From UHGV virus genome UHGV-1370579: 64,000 nucleotides of DNA, one strand, 5' to 3'. A program made the position numbers and the translations under genes. The stretch is from a virus. The notes beneath the pieces are model-generated. The model saw only the letters and a list, made by a program, of their open reading frames with translations. It did not search any database and was not told the origin of the DNA. Each line of letters starts with the position of its first letter. The first letter of the stretch is position 1. Positions 19,056 through 28,827 of this stretch are shown here, in pieces.

Positions 19056-19851
19056 AAGGTCTACCCTCTAAATGAGCTTCTACACGAGCAATAAAATCAG
19101 GATCGCTGAAAGCATCTACCGCACCTTTACTCCAGTAAGGGATACCGCGTTCTTCCAACTGGTACATCTCACTACGAGTCATACCTTGATAGCCCGGTTC
19201 CGCCGCTAGGGCACTATCATAGTAGTTAACAACCATAAGTTTCGCAGCAGTCAAATTAAGAACAGGAAATAATTCCCAGTAGAAGTTAATTACTTGGTTA
19301 GAGCAACCAACCACAATGATCATATCTTGACTGGTAATACCATCAAAAACATTGTACATCTCCGCATATGCTGGAGCATGCTCTCCAAAGAAGATTACAT
19401 TAGGTTTAACCCATTTATAATCATCTGGATCAATAGAATTGTATCCTACATCAATAATCCGTTTATTACTACTATTGTAGTTATCCGCTACAACAACCTC
19501 TTTTAAATATCCATGAATGTGCAGAATGTCACTATGTGGAACGCCAGCACGCTCAATAAGGTCATCAACGTTGGTGGTCAAGTTTACTACTTGACCGGGA
19601 TATTGTTTATACCATTCACCAATACGCAAATGCGCAAGATTAGGTTCAACAGTTTTTAGCTCTTCACGACGCTTGTTGTAAAACATATGGGTTTTATGAT
19701 AAAAATTACCACGAAAGGCATGAATATTACATACTTCTTCTAGATCATAATCATCCCACAGTGCTTTACCACTAGCAGTATCAGTACGAAAAGCTCGTAC
19801 ACCACTTTCAACACTCAAACCCGCACCGCTAACAATAATTAATCTACGCAC
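19036..19851 (-). CDS. Sir2-family (sirtuin-like) NAD-binding protein
   Basis: The segment VSGAGLSVESGVRAFRTD...LWDDYD matches the sirtuin GAGIS.ESGI.TFR NAD-binding signature. Confidence 0.7.
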   Translation of the reverse strand: MRRLIIVSGAGLSVESGVRAFRTDTASGKALWDDYDLEEVCNIHAFRGNFYHKTHMFYNKRREELKTVEPNLAHLRIGEWYKQYPGQVVNLTTNVDDLIERAGVPHSDILHIHGYLKEVVVADNYNSSNKRIIDVGYNSIDPDDYKWVKPNVIFFGEHAPAYAEMYNVFDGITSQDMIIVVGCSNQVINFYWELFPVLNLTAAKLMVVNYYDSALAAEPGYQGMTRSEMYQLEERGIPYWSKGAVDAFSDPDFIARVEAHLEGRPYVSGNK

Positions 19852-20045
19852 TATACGATTCCTTGCTTAAATCCTTCGATAATATTTCGGAGTAAAATTG
19901 CTTCCTCCGGGCGTACCTTTTCTTGCTTAATAAGCATATCCAATCTAGCAATACAAGTAGCTACACCAGCATTATAACCAAAGTTCCATTGCTCAATAAG
20001 CATGTTTTCTGGATTACTTTTTAGATTCTGATTCAAGAAGTCCAT
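19851..20045 (-). CDS. hypothetical small protein
   Basis: This is a 64-aa ORF. Confidence 0.4.
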   Translation of the reverse strand: MDFLNQNLKSNPENMLIEQWNFGYNAGVATCIARLDMLIKQEKVRPEEAILLRNIIEGFKQGIV

Positions 20046-20217
20046 AAATTTTCTCCTCTAGTTCCATAACACGATTTTCATAAGAAGCACGCAACTTTTC
20101 AATTGCCAGCGCACGCACTGTAACCTCATTAGAATTAATAGCTAACTGGGCCAGGTCTTCTGTTTCCATACGTCCGTTGTAAATTAAGCGGTATTTAAGA
20201 TGTTTTACGTTTTTCAT
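20014..20217 (-). CDS. hypothetical small protein
   Basis: This is a 67-aa ORF. Confidence 0.4.
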   Translation of the reverse strand: MKNVKHLKYRLIYNGRMETEDLAQLAINSNEVTVRALAIEKLRASYENRVMELEEKIYGLLESESKK

Positions 20218-20426
20218 TCTTGTTCCTCAAACATTTCAATTTCTGCATTAGCAATAGAAAGGGCGGGCTCAGATAAGCACAATCCCATCCTAGGATCGAT
20301 CTTCCCTTCGCCAATCCAAGTATTTACTAAACATAATTTAGTTATATCCTCACGGAGAATCGAACCATATGCCCCAGAATCCATAATAAAATAGATACGT
20401 TCTTTATCTACCTTGTGAACTCTCAT
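20214..20426 (-). CDS. hypothetical small protein
   Basis: This is a 70-aa ORF. A stereotyped promoter lies upstream at 20455-20483. Confidence 0.45.
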   Translation of the reverse strand: MRVHKVDKERIYFIMDSGAYGSILREDITKLCLVNTWIGEGKIDPRMGLCLSEPALSIANAEIEMFEEQE

Positions 20427-20454
20427 ATCTTTCTCCTCTCAAATTTATAAATCT

Positions 20455-20483
20455 ATTATACATATATTTTTAGCTGAAAGCAA
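20455..20483 (-). promoter_or_regulatory. stereotyped phage promoter
   Basis: Read on the minus strand, the sequence is attttaTTTGCTTtcagctaaaaatatatgTATAATagatttataaatttgagaggag. Confidence 0.65.
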
Positions 20484-20484
20484 A

Positions 20485-20512
20485 TAAAATAAAAGCCAGG
20501 TCGACTAGCAAC
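20485..20512 (-). terminator. rho-independent terminator after nrdD
   Basis: Read on the minus strand, the hairpin is agccgggttgctagtcgacctggct. It is followed by TTTATTTTATTT. Confidence 0.5.
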
Positions 20513-20525
20513 CCGGCTGATTAGC

Positions 20526-22400
20526 TTATTTAGCTCGAATATCCTGATGTTTCACCCTGCCCATAACCTCGTGCTGTTTGCCAGGGTTAAATGGACGAGC
20601 ACCTGGATTTCCAAGATACCCACAAACTCGACGAGTTACTTCAAGAGTTTCAGAGTCATGATTACCACAGATAGGGCACTTGAATCCATCTTCGGATGCT
20701 ACTGTTTCACCTAAGAATCCACATTTACCACAGGAATCCACTGGAGTATTAATACCGAAGTAATGAACCTTACTAGCAGCATAATTAATAACCCATTCCA
20801 GTGCATCTGGGAATCGTTTCATATCTGGTAGTTCTACATAAGAGATACACCCACCAGAAGCAATCGGAGTAAAGTTTGATTCATAATCAAACTTCACGTT
20901 AGGAGCAACTTTACGTTCCACATCAAGGTGGTGAGAGTTAGTGTAGTATCCTTTGGACAGAATATCTTCATGCTCCGGGAAATATTCACGGTCTAGACGA
21001 CAAAAGCGATCACATAGGGACTCTGATGGTGTAGCATACAGGCTATAACCTAACTTAGTCTCTTCCTTCTTCTGATCGACCCTATCTCGCATGTATTGCA
21101 GCACACGCTGAACAAACTTGATGCAGGTCTCAGACATTGTATCTACATCTTTACCAAACATGAACTGTAGCATTTCATGGCAACCAATATACCCCAGAGA
21201 TACAGAAGCACGGTTATAGAAATGATCAAATACATATTCATCAGGCCCTAAGCGTAATCCAAAGGCTCCTGACATATAGAGGATGGGTGCGGCTTTAGCT
21301 TGAATGTACTTTAAGCGATCAACTCTCCACTCCAATGCTTTTAACGCTGTATCCACACGTAGCTCAAGCAAGTCAAAGAATAGATCAATATTCCCTTCAG
21401 CTTCGATAGCAATTCTAGGTAAGTTTACAGAAACAACACCTAAGTTATTACGACCGGCAGTTTCACCATCTTCTGTAGCAGCTAGGAATGAACGGCAGCC
21501 CATAGAAACTTTATAGTCCCCAGTAACTTCCACAACCTTATCATAGCTGATATAATCTGGATACATACGTTCAGCAGTACATTTCATAGCTAACTTCTTG
21601 ACGTCATAATTAACATCTCCTGGCTTCATATTTACGCCATCACGCAGAACAAACACCAGTTTCGGAAAGATAGCTGTACGTTTATTGATGCCTAAGCCAT
21701 CCATACGTACTTTCAGTATTGCTTTCTGTACTAGACGTGCTTCCCAAGAAGTTCCTAGACCAAAACCAAAGGTAATAAATGGACTCTGACCATTAGAGTT
21801 GAACATCGTATTGATTTCATACTCTAGACCCTGACAAGCATCATAGACTTCTTTTTCAGTCATCTCCGTAGCCATTACTGATGCTTTGGCTTCATCCTTA
21901 GTCCAACGTTTTGCAAACGCATGATTCTTATCATAAGACTTACGAACATAAGGAGCCAATACTTCATCTAATCGGTCTACAGAAGTACCACCATACTGAT
22001 GGGAACTAACTTGAGTGATAATCTGAGCAGTGATAGCCGCCGCAGTAGTGATAGAGTTTGGAGTGCTAATTTCAGCATTACCAACCTTCATACCATTCTT
22101 CAACATATCTTCCAGAGCTACCAGGCAACAGTTAGTCATGCCTAATGCAGCATAATCAGCATCATGGAAATGAATATCCCCAATCATATGAGCATTTCGA
22201 ATCTGAATTGGCATTTCTTCTAGAATCAGATACTTACTCAATTCACCTGCAAGCATATCCCTTTGTGTAGGGAAACGTTCTGAGGGTTTATTGGCATTAT
22301 TAAACAGCAGCTCTTCATCTGCTGACCCTTCGATAATCTCTTTGCAGTTTCTAATTAACGCCTGCATTTCTTTATACTTTAGTTCTTCATTGCGATTCAT
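20526..22400 (-). CDS. nrdD: anaerobic (class III) ribonucleoside-triphosphate reductase
   Basis: The 624-aa product has a C-terminal Zn-ribbon CGKCG...CPICG and the glycyl-radical motif TRRVCGYLG. Confidence 0.9.
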   Translation of the reverse strand: MNRNEELKYKEMQALIRNCKEIIEGSADEELLFNNANKPSERFPTQRDMLAGELSKYLILEEMPIQIRNAHMIGDIHFHDADYAALGMTNCCLVALEDMLKNGMKVGNAEISTPNSITTAAAITAQIITQVSSHQYGGTSVDRLDEVLAPYVRKSYDKNHAFAKRWTKDEAKASVMATEMTEKEVYDACQGLEYEINTMFNSNGQSPFITFGFGLGTSWEARLVQKAILKVRMDGLGINKRTAIFPKLVFVLRDGVNMKPGDVNYDVKKLAMKCTAERMYPDYISYDKVVEVTGDYKVSMGCRSFLAATEDGETAGRNNLGVVSVNLPRIAIEAEGNIDLFFDLLELRVDTALKALEWRVDRLKYIQAKAAPILYMSGAFGLRLGPDEYVFDHFYNRASVSLGYIGCHEMLQFMFGKDVDTMSETCIKFVQRVLQYMRDRVDQKKEETKLGYSLYATPSESLCDRFCRLDREYFPEHEDILSKGYYTNSHHLDVERKVAPNVKFDYESNFTPIASGGCISYVELPDMKRFPDALEWVINYAASKVHYFGINTPVDSCGKCGFLGETVASEDGFKCPICGNHDSETLEVTRRVCGYLGNPGARPFNPGKQHEVMGRVKHQDIRAK

Positions 22401-22429
22401 TATACTCTCCTTCTCTAACTAAGACTACT

Positions 22430-22458
22430 ATTATAACTCATTCGAGGGCGGATGTCAA
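22430..22458 (-). promoter_or_regulatory. consensus sigma70 promoter for nrdD (TTGACA, 17 nt, TATAAT)
   Basis: Read on the minus strand, the sequence is TTGACAtccgccctcgaatgagtTATAATag. An SD sequence gaaggagag and the ATG follow. Confidence 0.65.
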
Positions 22459-22509
22459 CAATATTTTACTATAAAGTTCTGTAACATGATCTGAGTCAAA
22501 AAATTTTAT

Positions 22510-22538
22510 TTGCCAATCTCTATTAAAAATTGTATAAT
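22510..22538 (+). promoter_or_regulatory. sigma70 promoter with an extended -10 (TTGCCA, 17 nt, TGTATAAT)
   Basis: The sequence is ttatTTGCCAatctctattaaaaatTGTATAATcacg. Confidence 0.6.
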
Positions 22539-22650
22539 CACGCACTCGTGCACGCGATATAAAATGATTATCTAGTATCACACATCTCACGTTAAAAGCA
22601 AGCAAATTTTTTATTTAAATGCAATATCATAGGCTTATTTAAAATTGTAG

Positions 22651-22679
22651 TTGCTTTTTACTGTATATATTGGTATAAT
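22651..22679 (+). promoter_or_regulatory. stereotyped phage promoter upstream of phoH
   Basis: The sequence is aaaattgtagTTGCTTtttactgtatatattggTATAATatat. Confidence 0.6.
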
Positions 22680-22752
22680 ATATTTGTAAGTTGATAAACA
22701 AGATCTTTTTGTTGATCCTCTGTTAGAGAAGTACACTATAGGAGTGTTATTT

Positions 22753-23505
22753 ATGGGAAAAGCACGTCAAAAAAGAGAGAACCGCAATGGTTCAAGAAAG
22801 CGTGGCAACAAGTATGAGAATAACGTAATTCAGGCTGATTTTTCTAATGATTACGCTAACCCAGTTGCTAAATCCCTAGTAGGTAAAAACCGCGAGCAAA
22901 AATCATATATCAATATGATCAAGAACAACACAGTGACTGTGGGTATTGGTGAGCCAGGTACAGGTAAAACCTTTATTCCGTCTGTTCTTGCAGCTCAGGA
23001 ACTCGTAGACATTCACTCAGATATTGAGCAAGTGATCCTCGTACGTCCTAATGAACCTCTAGGTAAGTCTCTTGGTATGCTTCCTGGTGATCTAGCGGAA
23101 AAGCTAGAGCCTTGGTTAGAGCCAATAGCTGATGGTATGAAATGGGCCATCGGTGATCATGCCTATAAGGGATATGTCGAACGTCAGAAAATTAAATTTT
23201 TGGCTGTAGAACATGCTCGTGGCAGAACTTTCAACAACTCCTATGTAATTGTCGATGAAGCTCAGAATATTTCCGTTGAGGCAATGATTTGTCTCCTAAC
23301 TCGTGTAGGACAAGACTGCCGTTTAATTATCTGCGGAGATATAGCTCAGAAAGACATTAAAGGTGACTCAGGTCTAGCACTCCTTATGGAGGTCTATGAG
23401 AAATACGAAAATGCCCCCTTCTCAATGATCGAATTGATTGATAACGTTCGTTCTGTTGAGTCTAAAGCATTCTATGATATTTTTAAAGACATGGGGAAGG
23501 TGTAA
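22753..23505 (+). CDS. phoH: PhoH-like ATPase
   Basis: The P-loop is GEPGTGKT and the DEAQN motif is present. The SD sequence aggag lies before the Met at 22753, whereas the ORF track starts at 22744. Confidence 0.85.
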   Translation: MGKARQKRENRNGSRKRGNKYENNVIQADFSNDYANPVAKSLVGKNREQKSYINMIKNNTVTVGIGEPGTGKTFIPSVLAAQELVDIHSDIEQVILVRPNEPLGKSLGMLPGDLAEKLEPWLEPIADGMKWAIGDHAYKGYVERQKIKFLAVEHARGRTFNNSYVIVDEAQNISVEAMICLLTRVGQDCRLIICGDIAQKDIKGDSGLALLMEVYEKYENAPFSMIELIDNVRSVESKAFYDIFKDMGKV

Positions 23506-23506
23506 T

Positions 23507-23749
23507 ATGGGAAACGTCGTTCATCTGAGCCGTAAAACTAAAATACATCGTACTTCACTGAGTGCTGCTAATATGATTACACGTAAGGAAGGGGAAGAAA
23601 GTCCTAAGACAACCCTAGCGTGGAAAATTGTAACCTCAAATCCAAATAAACCATTCAATTATAATGAGCTAAGCACCTCTATAGATATTCTATTAAAAGA
23701 AGTAGCTAGAGCTAAAGTAATTGAACAAGCTAAAAAGCTAGACTGGTAA
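23507..23749 (+). CDS. hypothetical protein
   Basis: An 80-aa product results if the start is the ATG immediately after the phoH stop. The track ORF 23438-23749 overlaps phoH. Confidence 0.45.
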   Translation: MGNVVHLSRKTKIHRTSLSAANMITRKEGEESPKTTLAWKIVTSNPNKPFNYNELSTSIDILLKEVARAKVIEQAKKLDW

Positions 23750-23870
23750 TATACAGGGCCTGGGTATGAAAATACTCGGGCCTTTTCTATCAGAAAATTT
23801 TATTTGCCTAATGACCGATAATAAAGTAGAATATTCCTTAAATCCTGATAACTATAAAAAGGAAAGCCAA

Positions 23871-26201
23871 ATGAGCCATCGCATTGAAAAAGTAATTAAA
23901 CGTGACGGTACTGTAGAAGACTTTGCTCCTGAAAAACTCAATGGTTGGGCAGAGTATGGTTGCAAAACAGTTGATGTAAGTTGGTCAGCCATTACTATGG
24001 CTGCTCAAAAAACTCTACCTAAAGGGGTTGTAGATTCCGATACTCTGATGGACGCATTAATTAAGGCTGCTGAAAGTCTTATCAAAGATAACCCAGCATA
24101 TGATGTGCCCGCAAAGGAATTACGTCTTGCGCAAATGCGTAAACGTCTTTATGACTCTTTCGAACCGCCTTCTCTGCGCTTCTTCCACGACCATATGGTT
24201 AGCGTAGGTGCATGGGAAGACATGAGTGCATGGATTACCGATGAGCAATTTGAAGCTCTGAATCAGGTTATCAACCATGATCGTGACCGTCTTTTTACTA
24301 GTGGTGGACTGAAGCAGTTCTTTGATAAGTATTCCCGTCGTAACATAGCCACTGGTGAAATTTATGAAACTCCGCAGTTTGCCTACATGGGTATGGCAAT
24401 GGCGATGCTATCTCAACCTAACTGGACAATTCTAGATGCAATCGACCTCTACAACGCAATGTCACTCCACAAAATCAACGTTCCTACGCCGCCACTGGTT
24501 GGTCTGCGCTCTAGTGACCGTGGATTTGCTAGTTGCTGCCTCGTGGATTCCACTGACACGTTGGATTCAATCGACACCGCCGAGCACATCGTCTTCAAAA
24601 TGGTCGCAGCCAGAGCGGGAATCGGGTATCATCTTGAAAGCCGATCAATTGCTGATCCGGTGCGAAATGGGGCATTCCCGCATTCCGGAAAACTGCCATA
24701 TTATCGACACATTGACCGCTCAGTAAAGGCCAATACTCAGCAAACTCGTGGTGGTTCTGCTACAGTGTCTTATCCATACTTCGACCCTGAAATCATTCAA
24801 TTGATGCAGGTTAAGCAACAACGTGCTACAGATGAGAATAAAATCGATAAGATGGATTATTCTCTGAGCTTTAACAATCTTTTGTTAAAACGTTATCTGA
24901 AAAACGAAGATATTACGCTAATGTCATACTTCTATGCTCCAGAAGTTCATGAAGCGTTTTATAGTGATGACGAGGCTAAATTTGAAGAAATCTACGTGGC
25001 AGCGGAGAAACGTGTGGCATCTCTTACAAAGATCGACCACGAAGGAAAAACAGTTCCAGCAGCTCCTAAAGTCTCTGCAAAAGAAATCCTAGATACTTGG
25101 CTACGTATCCGAATGGAAACAGGACGTATGTATGCTCATCACATCGGGGAATCTAATCGTCACGGTAACTTCCTTGATCCGATCCGTATGACAAACCTTT
25201 GTGTTGAAATTACTCAGCCTACACGCCCGTTCCATCACATTACAGAGCTGTACAAGACAAAAGAGCAGCTTGATCAAATGAAGCCGGAGGATATTGGTGA
25301 AGTATCTCTGTGTAACTTAGGGGGTGTTGTACTTGGGCGCATGGAATCTCTGGCTGAGTGGGAAAAAACTTGCTACATCCTCCTGAAATTCGTTGATACA
25401 ATTATTGAAATTCAGGATTATCCGTTCCCAACTATGGAATATACGGCTAAGAAACGTCGTAATGTTGGTATTGGCCTAATGAACGCAGCGGGTGCAATGG
25501 CAGCAGAAGGTCTGGCTTATGAAGGTATTGAAGCCCGTAACTGGATTCATCGTGAAGCTGAAAAATTGTCCTACTTCCTGCATAAAGCCTCTGTACGTCT
25601 AGCCAAAGAGCAGGGTGCATGTGAATGGTTCGATCGTACTAAACCATCTAAAGGAACTCTGGTAATCGACACATACAAGAAAACTGTTGATGAACTGGTA
25701 TCAGTAGGCCTAGAAATGGATTGGGAATCTCTGCGTGCAGATATTCTGAAATACGGTATGCGTAACTCTGTTCTGACTGCACAGATGCCGGGAGAAAGTT
25801 CCTCCGTTCTGTTAGGGGTTACTAACTCTATTGAACCACCTCGTAAGATTGTATCTATCAAGGGTAGTGCAGTGAATAAAGTAATTGCAATTGCCCCGGG
25901 TGCAACCGATTGGGATACTCTCATGAGCTATAAACTGGCCTATGATATTGATCGCACTGAGTGGATCAAGTGGAACGCCGTTTACCAAAAATTCTTGAAT
26001 CAGTCATCGAGTTTCCAGATGTATTATGATTACTCTAAATTCGAGAATGAGATCATCCCTGGCCCAGTAGTAGTTCGTGACTTTATGACTGCGGTTAAGT
26101 ATGGCATAAAAACCTGGTATTACGCTAACTTTAACACTGCGAATGGTGGAGGAGCTGGTGAAGAAGCAGCCGGTTGTGCATCCGGTGGTTGTACTATTTA
26201 A
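23871..26201 (+). CDS. nrdA: ribonucleotide reductase class Ia large subunit with an ATP-cone
   Basis: The ATP-cone is RIEKVIKRDGTVEDF. The active-site segment is TNLCVEI. The C-terminal segment is CASGGC. The SD sequence aaggaaag precedes the Met at 23871, whereas the track ORF starts at 23766. Confidence 0.9.
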   Translation: MSHRIEKVIKRDGTVEDFAPEKLNGWAEYGCKTVDVSWSAITMAAQKTLPKGVVDSDTLMDALIKAAESLIKDNPAYDVPAKELRLAQMRKRLYDSFEPPSLRFFHDHMVSVGAWEDMSAWITDEQFEALNQVINHDRDRLFTSGGLKQFFDKYSRRNIATGEIYETPQFAYMGMAMAMLSQPNWTILDAIDLYNAMSLHKINVPTPPLVGLRSSDRGFASCCLVDSTDTLDSIDTAEHIVFKMVAARAGIGYHLESRSIADPVRNGAFPHSGKLPYYRHIDRSVKANTQQTRGGSATVSYPYFDPEIIQLMQVKQQRATDENKIDKMDYSLSFNNLLLKRYLKNEDITLMSYFYAPEVHEAFYSDDEAKFEEIYVAAEKRVASLTKIDHEGKTVPAAPKVSAKEILDTWLRIRMETGRMYAHHIGESNRHGNFLDPIRMTNLCVEITQPTRPFHHITELYKTKEQLDQMKPEDIGEVSLCNLGGVVLGRMESLAEWEKTCYILLKFVDTIIEIQDYPFPTMEYTAKKRRNVGIGLMNAAGAMAAEGLAYEGIEARNWIHREAEKLSYFLHKASVRLAKEQGACEWFDRTKPSKGTLVIDTYKKTVDELVSVGLEMDWESLRADILKYGMRNSVLTAQMPGESSSVLLGVTNSIEPPRKIVSIKGSAVNKVIAIAPGATDWDTLMSYKLAYDIDRTEWIKWNAVYQKFLNQSSSFQMYYDYSKFENEIIPGPVVVRDFMTAVKYGIKTWYYANFNTANGGGAGEEAAGCASGGCTI

Positions 26202-26228
26202 TAAAAACAAGGAGATCTTCGGGTCTCC
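26202..26228 (+). terminator. rho-independent terminator after nrdA
   Basis: The hairpin ggagatcttcgggtctcc is followed by TTTTTCTTT. Confidence 0.65.
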
Positions 26229-26247
26229 TTTTTCTTTGAAATTTTAC

Positions 26248-26276
26248 TTGCTAATCGCTACCAGATTTGCTATAAT
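26248..26276 (+). promoter_or_regulatory. stereotyped phage promoter for nrdB
   Basis: The sequence is tttacTTGCTAatcgctaccagatttgcTATAATattcc. Confidence 0.6.
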
Positions 26277-26307
26277 ATTCCTGAAATAGTGAGAAAGAGG
26301 AAAATCA

Positions 26308-27453
26308 ATGACTACTTTACTAAACCTGAATTGGGATCATACTAACGCTGATCTTTTCCTGGGCGATTCTCTCGGTATCGCAGATTATGTACGTGTAGCA
26401 CATCCAGAACTAGAACGTCTGGCACTTCTGCAACGCTCTCAATTTTGGACTGAAACTGAAATCAGTCTGGAAGCAGATAAGAAACAATGGCCTAATCTCC
26501 CACGTGAAATTCAGGAAATTACACTCCTGAACTTAGCATGGCAGACTCAAACTGATTCCTTTATCAGTCGTGCCCCGGAAGCAGCTATTATGCCGCTTGT
26601 AAGTCGTCCAGAACTAGAAGGTATGCTCAAACAGTGGAGCTACTTCGAAGATCTGCATAGTCGTGCTTATAGCAATATTATTCGTAATGTGCTAACTGAT
26701 CCAGCAGAATTTATTGATTCTGTAACCAAAAACCAAGAAGCATTCGCACGCATCGCTGATTCTGTTGAACTATTCGATGAACTGTACCAGTTAGGTCAGT
26801 ATTTCATCGCAGTACGCGATCATCGTGGCGACAATACATATCCAGAAACTGAGTTCCCTGAAGTTAAACGTGAAACTCAGGCTAAGCTATTAGATGCTTA
26901 CTTTGCGATCTACGGTCTGGAAGCAATGCAGTTTTACGCATCCTTTGCATGTACCTTTGCATTAGCAGAGAACGATATTCTGCAAGGTATTGCTAAAAAT
27001 CTGCAATTAATCGCTAAAGATGAAGCTCTGCACACTCAGATGTCCAAAGCAATCATCCAGATTATGTTCCAGCAGTTTGACAAAGATCTGGTGGATGAAG
27101 CAGTGGCTAAAGCACCAGCACAGCTCCTGAAAACTCTGAAAACTGAAATTGAATGGGGTCATTTCATTTTCAAAGGTCGTAGTCTGATTGGCTTGAATGC
27201 AGAACTTCTAGAAGAATATCTGTACTTTGTGGGGCGTAATGCATTTATGCACATCGGTGTAGAATGGCCAAGTAATCTGCCGGTAATCACCAAAAACCCT
27301 ATTCCGTGGATCATGAACTGGTTGGATACTACTTCTCTACAGCCTGCTCCACAAGAAATCCAGATTGGTGCAGCTTACCGTGTAGGTCAGGTAACTGAGA
27401 CCTCTACTGATACTCTGAAAGATCTGGGCAATGAATTTGGAGATTTCCTATGA
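26308..27453 (+). CDS. nrdB: ribonucleotide reductase small subunit
   Basis: The 381-aa product has ferritin-like E..H diiron motifs such as EALHTQ. Its stop overlaps the next start (ATGA). Confidence 0.85.
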   Translation: MTTLLNLNWDHTNADLFLGDSLGIADYVRVAHPELERLALLQRSQFWTETEISLEADKKQWPNLPREIQEITLLNLAWQTQTDSFISRAPEAAIMPLVSRPELEGMLKQWSYFEDLHSRAYSNIIRNVLTDPAEFIDSVTKNQEAFARIADSVELFDELYQLGQYFIAVRDHRGDNTYPETEFPEVKRETQAKLLDAYFAIYGLEAMQFYASFACTFALAENDILQGIAKNLQLIAKDEALHTQMSKAIIQIMFQQFDKDLVDEAVAKAPAQLLKTLKTEIEWGHFIFKGRSLIGLNAELLEEYLYFVGRNAFMHIGVEWPSNLPVITKNPIPWIMNWLDTTSLQPAPQEIQIGAAYRVGQVTETSTDTLKDLGNEFGDFL

Positions 27454-27983
27454 TTACAGCAATGTATGCAGTTGGGCCGAATGGGGAGTTCGGCCTCCGA
27501 GGTAAGCTTCCCTGGGGTTCTTTTAAAGAAGAACTGAATGCTTTCTATTCTCAACTGGACGTGTTGAATCCAGATAACATCATCATTGGTGCTGGTACTT
27601 ATTTAGCTCTTCCATACGCCGTTAGGGAACGTATGATTGGAGCTTCTGACCTATTTATTCGTGCTGATCGTCCACTACCAGACGATATTACACATGATAT
27701 TTACACTCCCATATCAATGATAGGTGATACATTACCTACTTTCCTAAAAGATCAGCAAACAGTAGTTCTAGGCGGAGCTAATCTTCTTCTAGAAATGTAC
27801 CAGCATGGACATATAGAAAGTGCTTTTGTATCTACAATCTTTAGCGAACAGAAGCTAGAGGCAGATATACACCTAGATAGTATGATACTGGATTATAACT
27901 ATGAATCCACTCGATTAGTCTATGCAGTTGGCGCAAACAGTGATAACAGCCTGCGATTTGTACAGGAATTGGTTACTTATTAA
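27450..27983 (+). CDS. dihydrofolate reductase-like protein
   Basis: The 177-aa product has an N-terminal segment MYAVGPNGEFGLRGKLPW that resembles the DHFR G..LPW motif. It lies between nrdB and thy. Confidence 0.6.
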   Translation: MITAMYAVGPNGEFGLRGKLPWGSFKEELNAFYSQLDVLNPDNIIIGAGTYLALPYAVRERMIGASDLFIRADRPLPDDITHDIYTPISMIGDTLPTFLKDQQTVVLGGANLLLEMYQHGHIESAFVSTIFSEQKLEADIHLDSMILDYNYESTRLVYAVGANSDNSLRFVQELVTY

Positions 27984-28822
27984 TGCAACAATACTTAAAA
28001 ATTTTGACAGATGTAATTTTACTAGGTGAACCCCGTAATGACCGTACAGGAACAGGCACAGTTTCAATTTTTGATTCCTACGCTAAGTTCGATCTACGTG
28101 AAGGGTTCCCGGCTGTAACTACTAAACGCCTGGCCTGGAAATCAGTAGTAGGAGAACTATTATGGTTCCTATCTGGATCTACAAATCTTCATGATCTACG
28201 TGTATTCACATTTGGTCGTGACGAAGGACAGTGGACCATCTGGACTCCAAATTATGAAGACCAAGCTATAAGTATGGGGTATGATAAGGGTAATCTAGGA
28301 CCAGTATATGGTAAACAGTGGCGTAACTTTGGTGGGCGAGATCAGATTCTAGAACTTATTGAAGGACTCAAGAATAATCCTCATGGCCGCAGACATCTAG
28401 TTTCTGCGTGGAACGTAGCTGAACTTGATAAAATGGCATTACCACCTTGTCACTACGGCTTCCAGTGCTATGTAAGTAACGATGGATACCTAGATCTTAA
28501 ATGGACACAACGCTCTGTGGATTGTTTCCTCGGTTTACCTTTCAATATTGCTAGTTATGCTTTATTAACGCATATATTAGCAAAACTGACAGGATTAAGA
28601 CCTCGTTATCTTATCTTTAGTGGTGGTGATACTCATATCTATAATGACCACATGGAACAGGTAGAAGAACAGGTAAAACGCAAGCCACGCCCTCTGCCAA
28701 CTCTAGTAATGCCAGAGTTTGTAGATCTTTACGATTTATTAGAAAATAATACAGCAGCTTGGTCATTCCATTTAGAGGGGTACGATCCTCACCCAGCTCT
28801 TAAAGCTAAGATGTCTTCTTAA
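27983..28822 (+). CDS. thyA: thymidylate synthase
   Basis: The active-site segment is LPPCHYGFQCYV. The length is 279 aa. Confidence 0.9.
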   Translation: MQQYLKILTDVILLGEPRNDRTGTGTVSIFDSYAKFDLREGFPAVTTKRLAWKSVVGELLWFLSGSTNLHDLRVFTFGRDEGQWTIWTPNYEDQAISMGYDKGNLGPVYGKQWRNFGGRDQILELIEGLKNNPHGRRHLVSAWNVAELDKMALPPCHYGFQCYVSNDGYLDLKWTQRSVDCFLGLPFNIASYALLTHILAKLTGLRPRYLIFSGGDTHIYNDHMEQVEEQVKRKPRPLPTLVMPEFVDLYDLLENNTAAWSFHLEGYDPHPALKAKMSS

Positions 28823-28827
28823 CTTAA

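Noticed and set aside
23766-23870. An N-terminal extension of nrdA in the ORF track (MKILGPFLSENFICLMTDNKVEYSLNPDNYKKESQ).
   Set aside because: The extension carries no SD sequence, whereas a good SD (aaggaaag) precedes the internal Met at 23871, where the ATP-cone begins. The extension is most likely an artefact of choosing the longest ORF. The same reasoning applies to the extensions at 22744, 37331-38371, 59155, 61664 and 13793-16660.
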